From a virus (lineage: Duplodnaviria; Caudoviricetes): DNA of 64,000 nt. The notes beneath the pieces were generated by a model. The model did not search any database, had not been told where the DNA came from, and saw nothing but the letters and a program-made list of their open reading frames with translations. Positions 8,632 to 17,027 of the stretch are shown here, piece by piece. The position numbers were made by a program, and so were the translations under genes. Within the stretch, counting starts at the first letter, position 1. Every line of letters starts with the position of its first letter. Location of the stretch: positions 6,800 through 70,799 of the IMG/VR virus record IMGVR_UViG_3300034079_000027. The stretch is one strand, 5' to 3'.

Positions 8632-8684
8632 AGTCTGACGCCTCCCGGCGTTTCGTCTCAATTTTCAGAGACTCCTCAGAGACT
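8632..8684 (-). ncRNA. Type I hammerhead ribozyme
   Basis: AGUCU CUGAGGA GUCUC(UGAAAAUU)GAGAC GAA ACGCC(GGGA)GGCGU C AGACU: full catalytic core, three 5-bp stems, GUC cleavage triplet. Confidence 0.88.
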
Positions 8685-8686
8685 TT

Positions 8687-8953
8687 CTATTGCTCTGGTT
8701 TCAAATAAACCCTATAAGGATTGCCTGTTTTCTTACTGACTCGGATATAGTACAGTTTGCCGTTAACTGACTCTCTAACGGGGTATTTATTGCCCTTAGA
8801 ATCAATGAATGTTTTACCCGTGTCTTTATCTTCAATCTTAACTTTAGATACCTGCACGGCTGTATAATTGCCCTGTGCGTCCTTAATAACCTTTGTCTGG
8901 CCAATGGCTCCCAGACTGAGCAGAACTAATGCAATAATGAGTAAGTTTTTCAT
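8687..8953 (-). CDS. Small secreted protein (Sec signal peptide, Gln at +1)
   Basis: MKNLLIIALVLLSLGAIG|Q then basic beta-rich domain. Confidence 0.7.
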   Translation of the reverse strand: MKNLLIIALVLLSLGAIGQTKVIKDAQGNYTAVQVSKVKIEDKDTGKTFIDSKGNKYPVRESVNGKLYYIRVSKKTGNPYRVYLKPEQ

Positions 8954-8969
8954 GATGTTGGGTTTTAAA

Positions 8970-9350
8970 TTATGCTACTCTGATAACGTCACATTTGTAA
9001 TACAATTCTCTTAAATCAATCCGGCCCCGAATCCCTGAGCTATAATAGCCCTGAGCCTTGAATCTTTCTCTCCATTGGATAAAAGCTCTGATTGCTGCGA
9101 TACATGAAGGATAACTTTTATCAAACTCGATGCTAAGACCGTCTGGGCTGATTACATCCCACTGTTGAGAATCGTTAGACTCTATTGGAGCAATGTGGGT
9201 AACTTCATGAATTGGCTCGTCTTCATCAAAATGATACTTCCATGGTTTGCTTTCAAACTTTTCAATGGCCTGTCCAATACTATCGGCTTCAATCGTTACA
9301 GTCGTGTAAGAATTAACAACCTTTCTAACTTCTAATTTGTACTTTCTCAT
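8970..9350 (-). CDS. Hypothetical early protein
   Basis: ORF in contiguous leftward operon. Confidence 0.6.
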   Translation of the reverse strand: MRKYKLEVRKVVNSYTTVTIEADSIGQAIEKFESKPWKYHFDEDEPIHEVTHIAPIESNDSQQWDVISPDGLSIEFDKSYPSCIAAIRAFIQWRERFKAQGYYSSGIRGRIDLRELYYKCDVIRVA

Positions 9351-9556
9351 GCTGCTTTGTATTTAGGTGTGTAAAAATATGATCCTTGATTCCTGTAACC
9401 CGGAGTAGTGCAACCTCTAATTTCTTTATTTAAGGTTGCTGATAGCTTTTCACAGAACCCTGCAAACTCTAGCCAGTCGTTAGCATTAACTGAATGCTGT
9501 TCTGTCTCGTCCCAGTTCTTCCCGGACTCTCTAATGGTGTAGTAAAAGATTTTCAT
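9347..9556 (-). CDS. Hypothetical early protein
   Basis: ATGA overlap with downstream gene. Confidence 0.55.
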   Translation of the reverse strand: MKIFYYTIRESGKNWDETEQHSVNANDWLEFAGFCEKLSATLNKEIRGCTTPGYRNQGSYFYTPKYKAA

Positions 9557-9560
9557 GTCG

Positions 9561-10097
9561 TTAGTTTAAAGGTTGTAAAATGAATTTATAAGGTGTTTTT
9601 CTCATGCACTGGGCAGTAACTCTAAAATCCTGATTACTGTTGTCAAAGCCTTCTATAATGCAATAGCCTAATACTTGCAGTCTCCCGATAATTATAGGAT
9701 CAACATCTGGTTGAATACTGTGCTTTGTCCTGAATATTTCCGAATCAGCATCATTTAAACAAACTGTCGGAAACTGTTTCGTTCCTAAATCCTGATTGCT
9801 CACTTTTGCATCATTAAATGCCTGTTCATGCTTCTTAGGATCAATTATCCTTGCCCGCTCTGCTTTGAGATCGTTTAATTCGATTCTCAACGCCCTTAAT
9901 TGCGGCTTTGCAGGTTCGCCCAGATAATAAGCAACCTTTCTCCAGTCTCTCTTCTCTTGGTCTTCTATTGTCTCCTGAAGGTCAGTAATACTTAATCGCA
10001 AAGCTTTCATTGCTTTTGTCGTCTGTGCCTTGTAAATGGTCAGGTTGCTGTAAACTTTACCCATATACTCGCTTTTGATGTGTGTGATTGTTCCCAT
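9561..10097 (-). CDS. Hypothetical early protein
   Basis: 178-aa ORF. Confidence 0.6.
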   Translation of the reverse strand: MGTITHIKSEYMGKVYSNLTIYKAQTTKAMKALRLSITDLQETIEDQEKRDWRKVAYYLGEPAKPQLRALRIELNDLKAERARIIDPKKHEQAFNDAKVSNQDLGTKQFPTVCLNDADSEIFRTKHSIQPDVDPIIIGRLQVLGYCIIEGFDNSNQDFRVTAQCMRKTPYKFILQPLN

Positions 10098-10107
10098 TGT
10101 CTTAGTT

Positions 10108-10350
10108 TTAAAAGTTCATGTTGATCCATGCGGTGAATGCTTCGGATTGTGTTAACTCGCTGTTGATCCAGATTTGATGGATTTCTGCAATGTTTTGGTC
10201 TGCTTCCGATCCTTGTGCAAAATAATCTTCACTCTCTACCGATACAAACGATAAACTGGTGTTGATTTCTCCGTTCTCATACTTTCCATTGAGCCAACTC
10301 TCGTTTAGCTCGGATAAAACCTTGTTTGAATTTTCTGTTAAGTCTTTCAT
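10108..10350 (-). CDS. Acidic hypothetical early protein
   Basis: Start set to 10350 because a promoter-like TATCTTAG sits at 10401-10408. Confidence 0.55.
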   Translation of the reverse strand: MKDLTENSNKVLSELNESWLNGKYENGEINTSLSFVSVESEDYFAQGSEADQNIAEIHQIWINSELTQSEAFTAWINMNF

Positions 10351-11169
10351 AATCAGTGTGTTAAGTGTGTTTTGTGTTAAAATCTGTCCTTTCATGTGTG
10401 CTAAGATAACATCAAATATGATGTAATCCTAACTTTATGTCGTTTTTTTTGGAAAAAAGTGGTTTAGATCAAAATTTGTGTGTGTGGCCCACTGGCTCCG
10501 CTCCGTCTTCTCATTGCTGTAAATGCCTGTAAATCAATGCTATTTCATAGTGAACAATAACATATTTGCAGTAAAAACAGACAAAAAAGGAGACAAATTT
10601 AGCTAACTGATTGTGAATCAATGTGTTTTGCGTTCTTTCTAGTTAACAGAATAACAGTTCTAGGACAAACGACTGAAATTCTTTTGTGATGATCTGGGAG
10701 CCGGGAGAGAAGGTAACGGGGAGAGCAGGACACGAATGTAGTAATTTTCTGGCCCATTATTCTCTTCCTTGCCTGTTTTTTGCCCGTTTTAGCCTTGATT
10801 TGTCGATTCGTGACAGTTTCCCCCTTCCTTTGCATTGCGTCATCGTAGCGTTCCATTCACCCCTCACACCACCCGCCACCACACACACAGCACCCCACGA
10901 AGCCGGGGGGGGTCGGTTTTGAGTGAATTAAGCTAAATGTCTTACGCCCTCCCCAAAAAACCAAGGGACTTGAACTTCCCTTTACATAATAACACGATTT
11001 TCCCAACTTCTTAGCAATAAATGAGTTAGTCAGGAGTGTCCACGGGGCGGAGACAAAGAAAAGAGGTTGTTTTTTTTTAATTAGACAATTTAAAACAAGC
11101 TACTACCAGAAACCGTTGGTAACGCTTTTAAGTAGTGTAAAATATCGAGGTTTATCGAGAATCTCGCAG

Positions 11170-11505
11170 TTAAATCATGTACTTCCCGACTCCGTTATAA
11201 AAGTCGAGAGCCATTTCTTCAAAGCCATAAACGGTAAGGGGTCTGTTATTGCTAAGAAAGATGTTGTAGTCTCCGATAAGGTGGCATTCTTGGGTAAAGG
11301 TAAATTCAGGGACAGTGTTTATCATTCCATAATTGAAGTTATTAACGAACAGGTAACCTATCTGGTAGATTTTATCGTGACTCTCATTATAGAACATTTT
11401 CCAGTATGAGTATTTAGAGTCACGCATGGGAATTAAGGCTCTTTGGTATCCGCTCTCGTTAAGTTCTGCGATCAGTTTTTTGATGTTGTCGTCTAGGTCT
11501 TCCAT
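11170..11505 (-). CDS. Hypothetical protein, tandem paralog of 11505-11855
   Basis: GYQR..YSYWKMFYN..IYQIGYLF..CHL..FEEMALDFY. Confidence 0.65.
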   Translation of the reverse strand: MEDLDDNIKKLIAELNESGYQRALIPMRDSKYSYWKMFYNESHDKIYQIGYLFVNNFNYGMINTVPEFTFTQECHLIGDYNIFLSNNRPLTVYGFEEMALDFYNGVGKYMI

Positions 11506-11855
11506 TATTCTTTATTGAATTGGTTCATATTGAGGTAAAATGTTTTAGCCATGACTTCAAACTCGTCGAGGGTAATATCTTTGCAAACGGTAAGGTCTAT
11601 ACGGCTATTTTCTGAGAGTAAATGACATTTGTAAGTTGTTCCGATACGGTTAGCGTTGGGGTCTGAATGCAGGTATTTCCTGAAGTCATAAAAGAGTATT
11701 CCGACTTGAAACAGTTTAGTTTCTCCGTTATAAAATGGTTTCCAATATGCAAAATCTTCACGTTCCCAGTTTTGAAAGTATTTTCTATACCCTTTAGATT
11801 TAAAGTCTTCTTCTTTATCTGAGAGCCATTTATCCCAGTCGTTGATTTCTTCCAT
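11505..11855 (-). CDS. Hypothetical protein, tandem paralog of 11170-11505
   Basis: GYRK..FAYWKPFYN..LFQVGILF..CHL..FEVMAKTFY. Confidence 0.65.
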   Translation of the reverse strand: MEEINDWDKWLSDKEEDFKSKGYRKYFQNWEREDFAYWKPFYNGETKLFQVGILFYDFRKYLHSDPNANRIGTTYKCHLLSENSRIDLTVCKDITLDEFEVMAKTFYLNMNQFNKE

Positions 11856-11942
11856 GGTTATAATTTTGGCTCCGAATATATAAAGAAATTGGGGTTTTCT
11901 ATACATGTTATACAAACGTATAAAGGGGAAGGGGTTTTTCTT

Positions 11943-11950
11943 TACATTTG
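11943..11950 (+). promoter_or_regulatory. Bacteroidota -7 element
   Basis: TACATTTG 16 nt upstream of ATG 11967. Confidence 0.6.
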
Positions 11951-11966
11951 CCGGAAAGAATAAAAT

Positions 11967-12350
11967 ATGGAATTAACAGCAGATAATGTATCTAAGGTTT
12001 TTGAAGGTTGCAGGTACGGTATAAGCGATATAAACAATCTTCACAATGCTATTTTAATCCATGGTATAGTGATTAATATAGCGTTTAACCCCGACAAAGT
12101 AGAGCAGCAGCGTGAAAATATTAATCAGTTGTTAGAACAGTTACCTTCAAAGTTTAAGCAGGGTTGGTCATTTTTAAACATGTGTTACGACAAAGATGAT
12201 AACCAATGGGGTGAGCATTACAATATAGATCAGTTAGTCTGTTTAGGACTGGCGATTGAAAGGATTTCCTTTCTGTTTGAGCGAGAAATGTGGGGGATTT
12301 TCCCCGGTAGTGTTCCGTATTTGACTGTATTACCAGACCCTAAAAAATAA
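11967..12350 (+). CDS. Conserved phage hypothetical protein
   Basis: LTADNV..GWSFLNMCYDKDDNQWGEH..PGSVPYL family recalled from diverse phages. Confidence 0.7.
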   Translation: MELTADNVSKVFEGCRYGISDINNLHNAILIHGIVINIAFNPDKVEQQRENINQLLEQLPSKFKQGWSFLNMCYDKDDNQWGEHYNIDQLVCLGLAIERISFLFEREMWGIFPGSVPYLTVLPDPKK

Positions 12351-12352
12351 TT

Positions 12353-12550
12353 ATGCCAGACGTTAAGAGTTTAATTGAAAAGGAAATCGAGAAACACGCC
12401 AAACAGGTTGGTATTTTAAGCAGTCGTTTAATGGACGTTGAAAGCGGCAAGATAGATAATTTGCAAAGCCCTAGAGTTTGTTCTATCTGTAAGACTATGA
12501 ACTACCATTATTACCCGGATAAGGATATTTGGTGTTGTGCTTTTTGTTAA
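12353..12550 (+). CDS. Small Zn-ribbon-like protein
   Basis: CSIC..CCAFC. Confidence 0.45.
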   Translation: MPDVKSLIEKEIEKHAKQVGILSSRLMDVESGKIDNLQSPRVCSICKTMNYHYYPDKDIWCCAFC

Positions 12551-12560
12551 AACAAATTAT

Positions 12561-12791
12561 ATGAGCGAGGAAAAATCACAGATGTTAAAGGAATTTTGGA
12601 CTGAAATGTATATGCAAGTTCCAAAAGAAGAACTGATAAAAAACTTTCTAATAGCGCAGGAGGCGTTAGACATGTCGATAAAGCTTAATGCTAGGCTAAT
12701 GGAGACAATCAGCAGCCACGAAACCTATTTATGCCCGGAGTGTAAAAAGCTACATAAAGCCGAAAAAAGCCCCACTAAAAAGCAGGGCTAA
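12561..12791 (+). CDS. Hypothetical protein
   Basis: ORF with CPEC motif. Confidence 0.45.
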   Translation: MSEEKSQMLKEFWTEMYMQVPKEELIKNFLIAQEALDMSIKLNARLMETISSHETYLCPECKKLHKAEKSPTKKQG

Positions 12792-12824
12792 AGTCATGTA
12801 AACTGTTCAGGAAACTTGACAAAA

Positions 12825-12852
12825 GTCCAGTTAATTATTAAAAAAACTGGAC
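12825..12852 (-). terminator. Terminator-like hairpin between convergent genes
   Basis: GTCCAGTT/AACTGGAC stem, T4 on minus strand. Confidence 0.5.
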
Positions 12853-12855
12853 AAA

Positions 12856-15615
12856 TTATCTTAGCTTATTCGCTAGTCGTGGGGCAAAGCTAATATCGAG
12901 CTTGTTTATTTTACTATTCTGGTTGATTTGCCCGGCGAACATGATTATATAGAATTTTGCACTTCCCCACGATCTTTGCACCAAGAGGTCTTTAATGTGA
13001 GTACCTCCACGTTGTTTACCTGTGATTAAACGCCAAGTCTGTAAATCGTCAGAGGCAAAAAGATAAACCCCGGCATAATGCGTTGGTTCGGTGGTATATT
13101 CACAACGAAGTAACGCCCGTTCGATTTTCTTAAACATATCTGGGTTCTGAAAAGAAATTGGCCGGGTAATTACAAGGCAATCGGTAAGGAATACACTTTC
13201 TTCTTCAGAGATTGAAACGCATGAACTCACGTTAAAGCCCAAAAGTTTAGGGTAAGCGTTAATTAAGAGCGAGTAAGAAACAGATACTTTTGTCCAAAGC
13301 TTTGATTCAAAAGAATATACATACGAATATTCATACTCGTCGTTGCTTACAATCAGCTCTTTGTTCAAATGATCGTAGCCAATGACGCTTTCAGAAATGT
13401 ATTCTAAAAATGTAATGTCAGAGAGAGAATCGGAAAGCGACACAAATTGAGCGTTGGTTGTTGCGACGGCTACCTCTGGTAAGTCCATGAAATCCACGTC
13501 AATATCTCCTTCAACAACTTCTGAAAGTTCTGTAACCTGCATTCCGTTGATTACAAAAAGACCCATATCAGTCGTATAAACAACGCCGCCGCCGATAGAG
13601 ATAATGTTATCCGGGTTGTTAATTACCTCTCCGTTTATCGGAAGGATATTCGAGTATAAAATATCTCCACTTCCAATCTCCATAGCCCAGTTGCCTTTCG
13701 TTGTAAACACCTGCAACGGGAATTGTCCAAATTGTCCGGTACTTAGAGGTTCTGACCCCGCAGCAAGGGCTAATACTGCCCCAGTACCTACCTGATAGGA
13801 ATATTTAGCCGGGAATATTAACGGATTTTGAATCTCTGAAGCTTGCACCCTGTTAGGATCGTATTGTAAAGCTACCGGAGTAGGAGCCGTTGAGGGATAT
13901 GTTATTGTGCTTTTCAGCTTTGTGATGTTGCTAAAATTTGCTGTTGCTGAAGGTATATTGGCGGTAAAGTCAGGGTTTGTCCATGTTGAAAAATTCAGGA
14001 GGGTATTTTTTGTGAGTTTTTCATCAAACAGTAACCGTTCGTAACCGTTTAAAGTAACATGAATTTGCATCCTAAAAGCCCTGTAATCGTTATATCCGAC
14101 GACTGAGGGGATAATAAATGATTCTGTATTATTCCCGGAAGACTCTTCCCAGTAGCAATAAAACTGGTCAAGCCCTTCAGGTGAACTAGCAGGAACAGTA
14201 ACGATATACCCAGAAAAAGGAACATAGTTAGGGTACGCTGTTATCTCGATCATTTTAATGTTCGCAGCCCCATAATCAAGAAAATATTCTGACTGGTTTT
14301 TGACAACACTCAGATAGACCGGAATTGAAGTTGTGGACTGTACAACGGCTTGCCCGACGCTTGTTTTAACCCAAACTGATATTTTCCCCGGCAAAGAAGA
14401 TAAAGAACCAAGATTACCGAAAGTATCAGGCCAAGTGACGTAAGGCAACCCTAGAGCTACTTTGATGTTAGCGAGGTGCAACCTGTCATTATAAACGGAG
14501 GCAACTTTAGCAATATTTACATGGTGCGTAAACTGGTCTGTGGTTAATGTTTCTTTGGTGGCGTAGTTTTTATAATAATTCACCGTGTCCACTTCTTTTG
14601 TTTGTCGCCCGGTTTTACCTACAACATCTTCAAACGGAAATTCGTGTATTTTATACCAACCTTCAGACTGGACAAGTTTCTTAAAATCGTCAGCCACGGG
14701 AAAATGGGTATTAAAGTTAGTATCAATATAAGGTTCAGAAGACGGAATCCCGTTGAGCATTTCCTCAGTTACGGTTGTTTCGTCTATTTTAAGCAAGGGT
14801 GTAACTTTAGTGGCAAACACACAAATTGCATCTACAAGCTCTTTCATTGGCCCGATTGATTCCGGGTAAAGTTCGTTATTAATTGTGGCCTCGATTTTAT
14901 ACAGCCCTAAGCGGAAATCAAAAACCCTATCATCAGAATGTCCACCTCCGGGATTAGCTCTGTGAATGATACCCCCGTTCCCAATTTCAAAGTATCTAGG
15001 TATCGAAGGAAGTATATATGAACCGTCAAACAACCTGTAAGCCGTTATATACATTAAAGACCCATATAAATGCCCCTCGTCTTGGGATTCGTTATCTAAG
15101 GTGGTGAAATATGAACCTAACACAGCGTCGGCGGCAAAATAGGCCGTTGTGATAACTGCTTTATGGTCTTTTGTGCTTAAATCAACATCAGGAACCGGAA
15201 GGCTTTCAATTAAGGAGTACGCCCCTTCGTTTGTCCAGAGGTAAGTTAATAAAGACACTTCGGACGCAATGATCATTGTTCGTTTTAAGAACACGATATT
15301 TAGCTGCGTGTTCGGCGGCAACGATGTTAAAAGCGTTGAGGTGCGTAGATTCTGGTTTATCAGGCTGATATTTCCGGTGGCTTTGTTATATCCGATCCAA
15401 TTGGGTTCCTGTGAAATTAGCCCGTTTTCAACGTCGTGGAGATAGATTTTATTAAATGGGTCAATAGGTAAGAATTTGTGTTGTTTCTTCGCTCCGATTG
15501 GCCTCCATGCCCCTTTACGAAACCTCATATTAATGATTTCCTGACAAGCTCCATCCTCTGCAAGCTGAGAGGGTATCGCCCGATTTATCCCGGTGAAATT
15601 AATTGCTTTGTCCAT
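12856..15615 (-). CDS. Tail nozzle / stabilization protein (P22 gp10, T7 gp12 analogue)
   Basis: N-terminal FTGINR..DGACQEIINMR and NPLIFP..LSTGQFGQFPLQVFTTKGNWA typical of Bacteroidota podophage stabilization proteins. Confidence 0.75.
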   Translation of the reverse strand: MDKAINFTGINRAIPSQLAEDGACQEIINMRFRKGAWRPIGAKKQHKFLPIDPFNKIYLHDVENGLISQEPNWIGYNKATGNISLINQNLRTSTLLTSLPPNTQLNIVFLKRTMIIASEVSLLTYLWTNEGAYSLIESLPVPDVDLSTKDHKAVITTAYFAADAVLGSYFTTLDNESQDEGHLYGSLMYITAYRLFDGSYILPSIPRYFEIGNGGIIHRANPGGGHSDDRVFDFRLGLYKIEATINNELYPESIGPMKELVDAICVFATKVTPLLKIDETTVTEEMLNGIPSSEPYIDTNFNTHFPVADDFKKLVQSEGWYKIHEFPFEDVVGKTGRQTKEVDTVNYYKNYATKETLTTDQFTHHVNIAKVASVYNDRLHLANIKVALGLPYVTWPDTFGNLGSLSSLPGKISVWVKTSVGQAVVQSTTSIPVYLSVVKNQSEYFLDYGAANIKMIEITAYPNYVPFSGYIVTVPASSPEGLDQFYCYWEESSGNNTESFIIPSVVGYNDYRAFRMQIHVTLNGYERLLFDEKLTKNTLLNFSTWTNPDFTANIPSATANFSNITKLKSTITYPSTAPTPVALQYDPNRVQASEIQNPLIFPAKYSYQVGTGAVLALAAGSEPLSTGQFGQFPLQVFTTKGNWAMEIGSGDILYSNILPINGEVINNPDNIISIGGGVVYTTDMGLFVINGMQVTELSEVVEGDIDVDFMDLPEVAVATTNAQFVSLSDSLSDITFLEYISESVIGYDHLNKELIVSNDEYEYSYVYSFESKLWTKVSVSYSLLINAYPKLLGFNVSSCVSISEEESVFLTDCLVITRPISFQNPDMFKKIERALLRCEYTTEPTHYAGVYLFASDDLQTWRLITGKQRGGTHIKDLLVQRSWGSAKFYIIMFAGQINQNSKINKLDISFAPRLANKLR

Positions 15616-16138
15616 GTTTTTCTTGTGTTTGTTGTTCAAAGAGTTTATGAAGCTTGCCCGTATAGGAGCCGTCGGTCACGGGTTTTTCGGCTTTTATATT
15701 TGCCGTCTTTTTCTGGAGGACATACGAGGCTGATTTATCGAAAAACTCAGTTACCTCTTTCATGCTTATAAGCCCGGCGTTTAAAGGGTTCTTCTTCATA
15801 AAAGCCATATCCCTTTCCAGTTTGAACTTAGCGAGGTTCATAGATAATTCCATAACTGAAGCAGCGTCGTCGCCTAATGCTTTTATTCTTTCTTCGGTAG
15901 TCATGGATAATTTGCGGTCGATAACAGGCCCCGGCAGATAAAAGGTAAGTGACTCAAAGCTATCCTTCATTCTTTGCTTGACATTGTAGATTGTTTTATC
16001 CGTCACGTTGAACTTTTTCGCCAGTACTGAAGCCTGGGTTTTCTTATTGACGAGTTCATCCATAATAAATAGCTCGTCCTGCTTTGTGAGTACCACGGTT
16101 TGCTTCCGGGGTTTAATGTTCATCTTCCTAGCGACCAT
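15599..16138 (-). CDS. N-terminal HTH protein, possible terminase small subunit
   Basis: QASVLAKKFNVTDKTIYNVK HTH followed by helices; no other TerS candidate of typical size seen. Confidence 0.4.
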   Translation of the reverse strand: MVARKMNIKPRKQTVVLTKQDELFIMDELVNKKTQASVLAKKFNVTDKTIYNVKQRMKDSFESLTFYLPGPVIDRKLSMTTEERIKALGDDAASVMELSMNLAKFKLERDMAFMKKNPLNAGLISMKEVTEFFDKSASYVLQKKTANIKAEKPVTDGSYTGKLHKLFEQQTQEKHGQSN

Positions 16139-16286
16139 TGGGTAGTGATTAAAAGTTTAGTAGCAATATTACAGGTTATCAGTCTGTTAATCGTGCCAAT
16201 TCTACCCATAATCAGGTCATAATATGCGAGATATGACGCTCTGAAAACATAGTTTCACCCCTTAAACAGCACTTAAATTAAAAGCG

Positions 16287-17015
16287 ATGCCAGATATATC
16301 GAAAATGTTAGGGACAGCAGGGGGTATGGCTTCTATGGTTCCCGGAATTGGTACAGCTATCGGCGCAGGACTTTCTGTTGCAAGCACCATCTTTGGGGCT
16401 ATTAAAGGGGCTAAAGCCAACAAAGCCAATGAACAGGCTTTAACCAAACAATACGAAGAAAACGCAGCCTTTTACGGCAATAATGCCAAGCGTGACTATC
16501 TCCAGACTAACGCCGCCCAGTCAGTTGTCCAACAGTACAAACAGAACCTCTTAAACAATCAGAAGAACATTGCGGGTAGAGGTGCGGTAACCGGAGCCAG
16601 TGATGAGGCTCTTGTGGCAAGTAATACCGGAGCGCAGCAGAATTACAATAACGCTATCGCTAATGTTGCAGGTCAGGGAGTAAATTATCAGCTAGGCAAT
16701 GAACGGATGTTTAGGGCAAACCTAGACCAGTTGAATCAACGCCGGATGATGATTAATCAGCAAAAAGCAGATAACGCAGCCAATTTAGTAGGCAACGCAG
16801 GGGACTTATTTAATACAATGGCCTTTGCCAGTGCGATGAAAAATAGGGTTCCCACCGATGGAGGTTTAGGCGAGACAGCGGCAAAATTAGACACCCCGAC
16901 CGCAGCGATTACTCCAACGGCTACAACGCCCACGTTCTCCGGGTATTTGGTTGATCAATTAAACAACCAACCGGATGCCAATAATTATAAAGCGAGACAA
17001 GGAACCGGAAATTAA
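16287..17015 (+). CDS. Internal virion / DNA ejection protein (P22 gp7-like)
   Basis: Gly/Ala hydrophobic N-terminus GIGTAIGAGLSVASTIFG then Q/N/A coiled coil; first gene of the ejection-portal operon. Confidence 0.7.
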   Translation: MPDISKMLGTAGGMASMVPGIGTAIGAGLSVASTIFGAIKGAKANKANEQALTKQYEENAAFYGNNAKRDYLQTNAAQSVVQQYKQNLLNNQKNIAGRGAVTGASDEALVASNTGAQQNYNNAIANVAGQGVNYQLGNERMFRANLDQLNQRRMMINQQKADNAANLVGNAGDLFNTMAFASAMKNRVPTDGGLGETAAKLDTPTAAITPTATTPTFSGYLVDQLNNQPDANNYKARQGTGN

Positions 17016-17027
17016 CTACAACGAACC

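Noticed and set aside
10485-10545. Possible HDV-like ribozyme starting GGCCCAC
   Set aside because: No complementary P1 3' strand or J4/2 motif found downstream
10599-10922. Two opposing ORFs of 78-85 aa in the non-coding block
   Set aside because: Atypical composition, weak starts, low-complexity sequence
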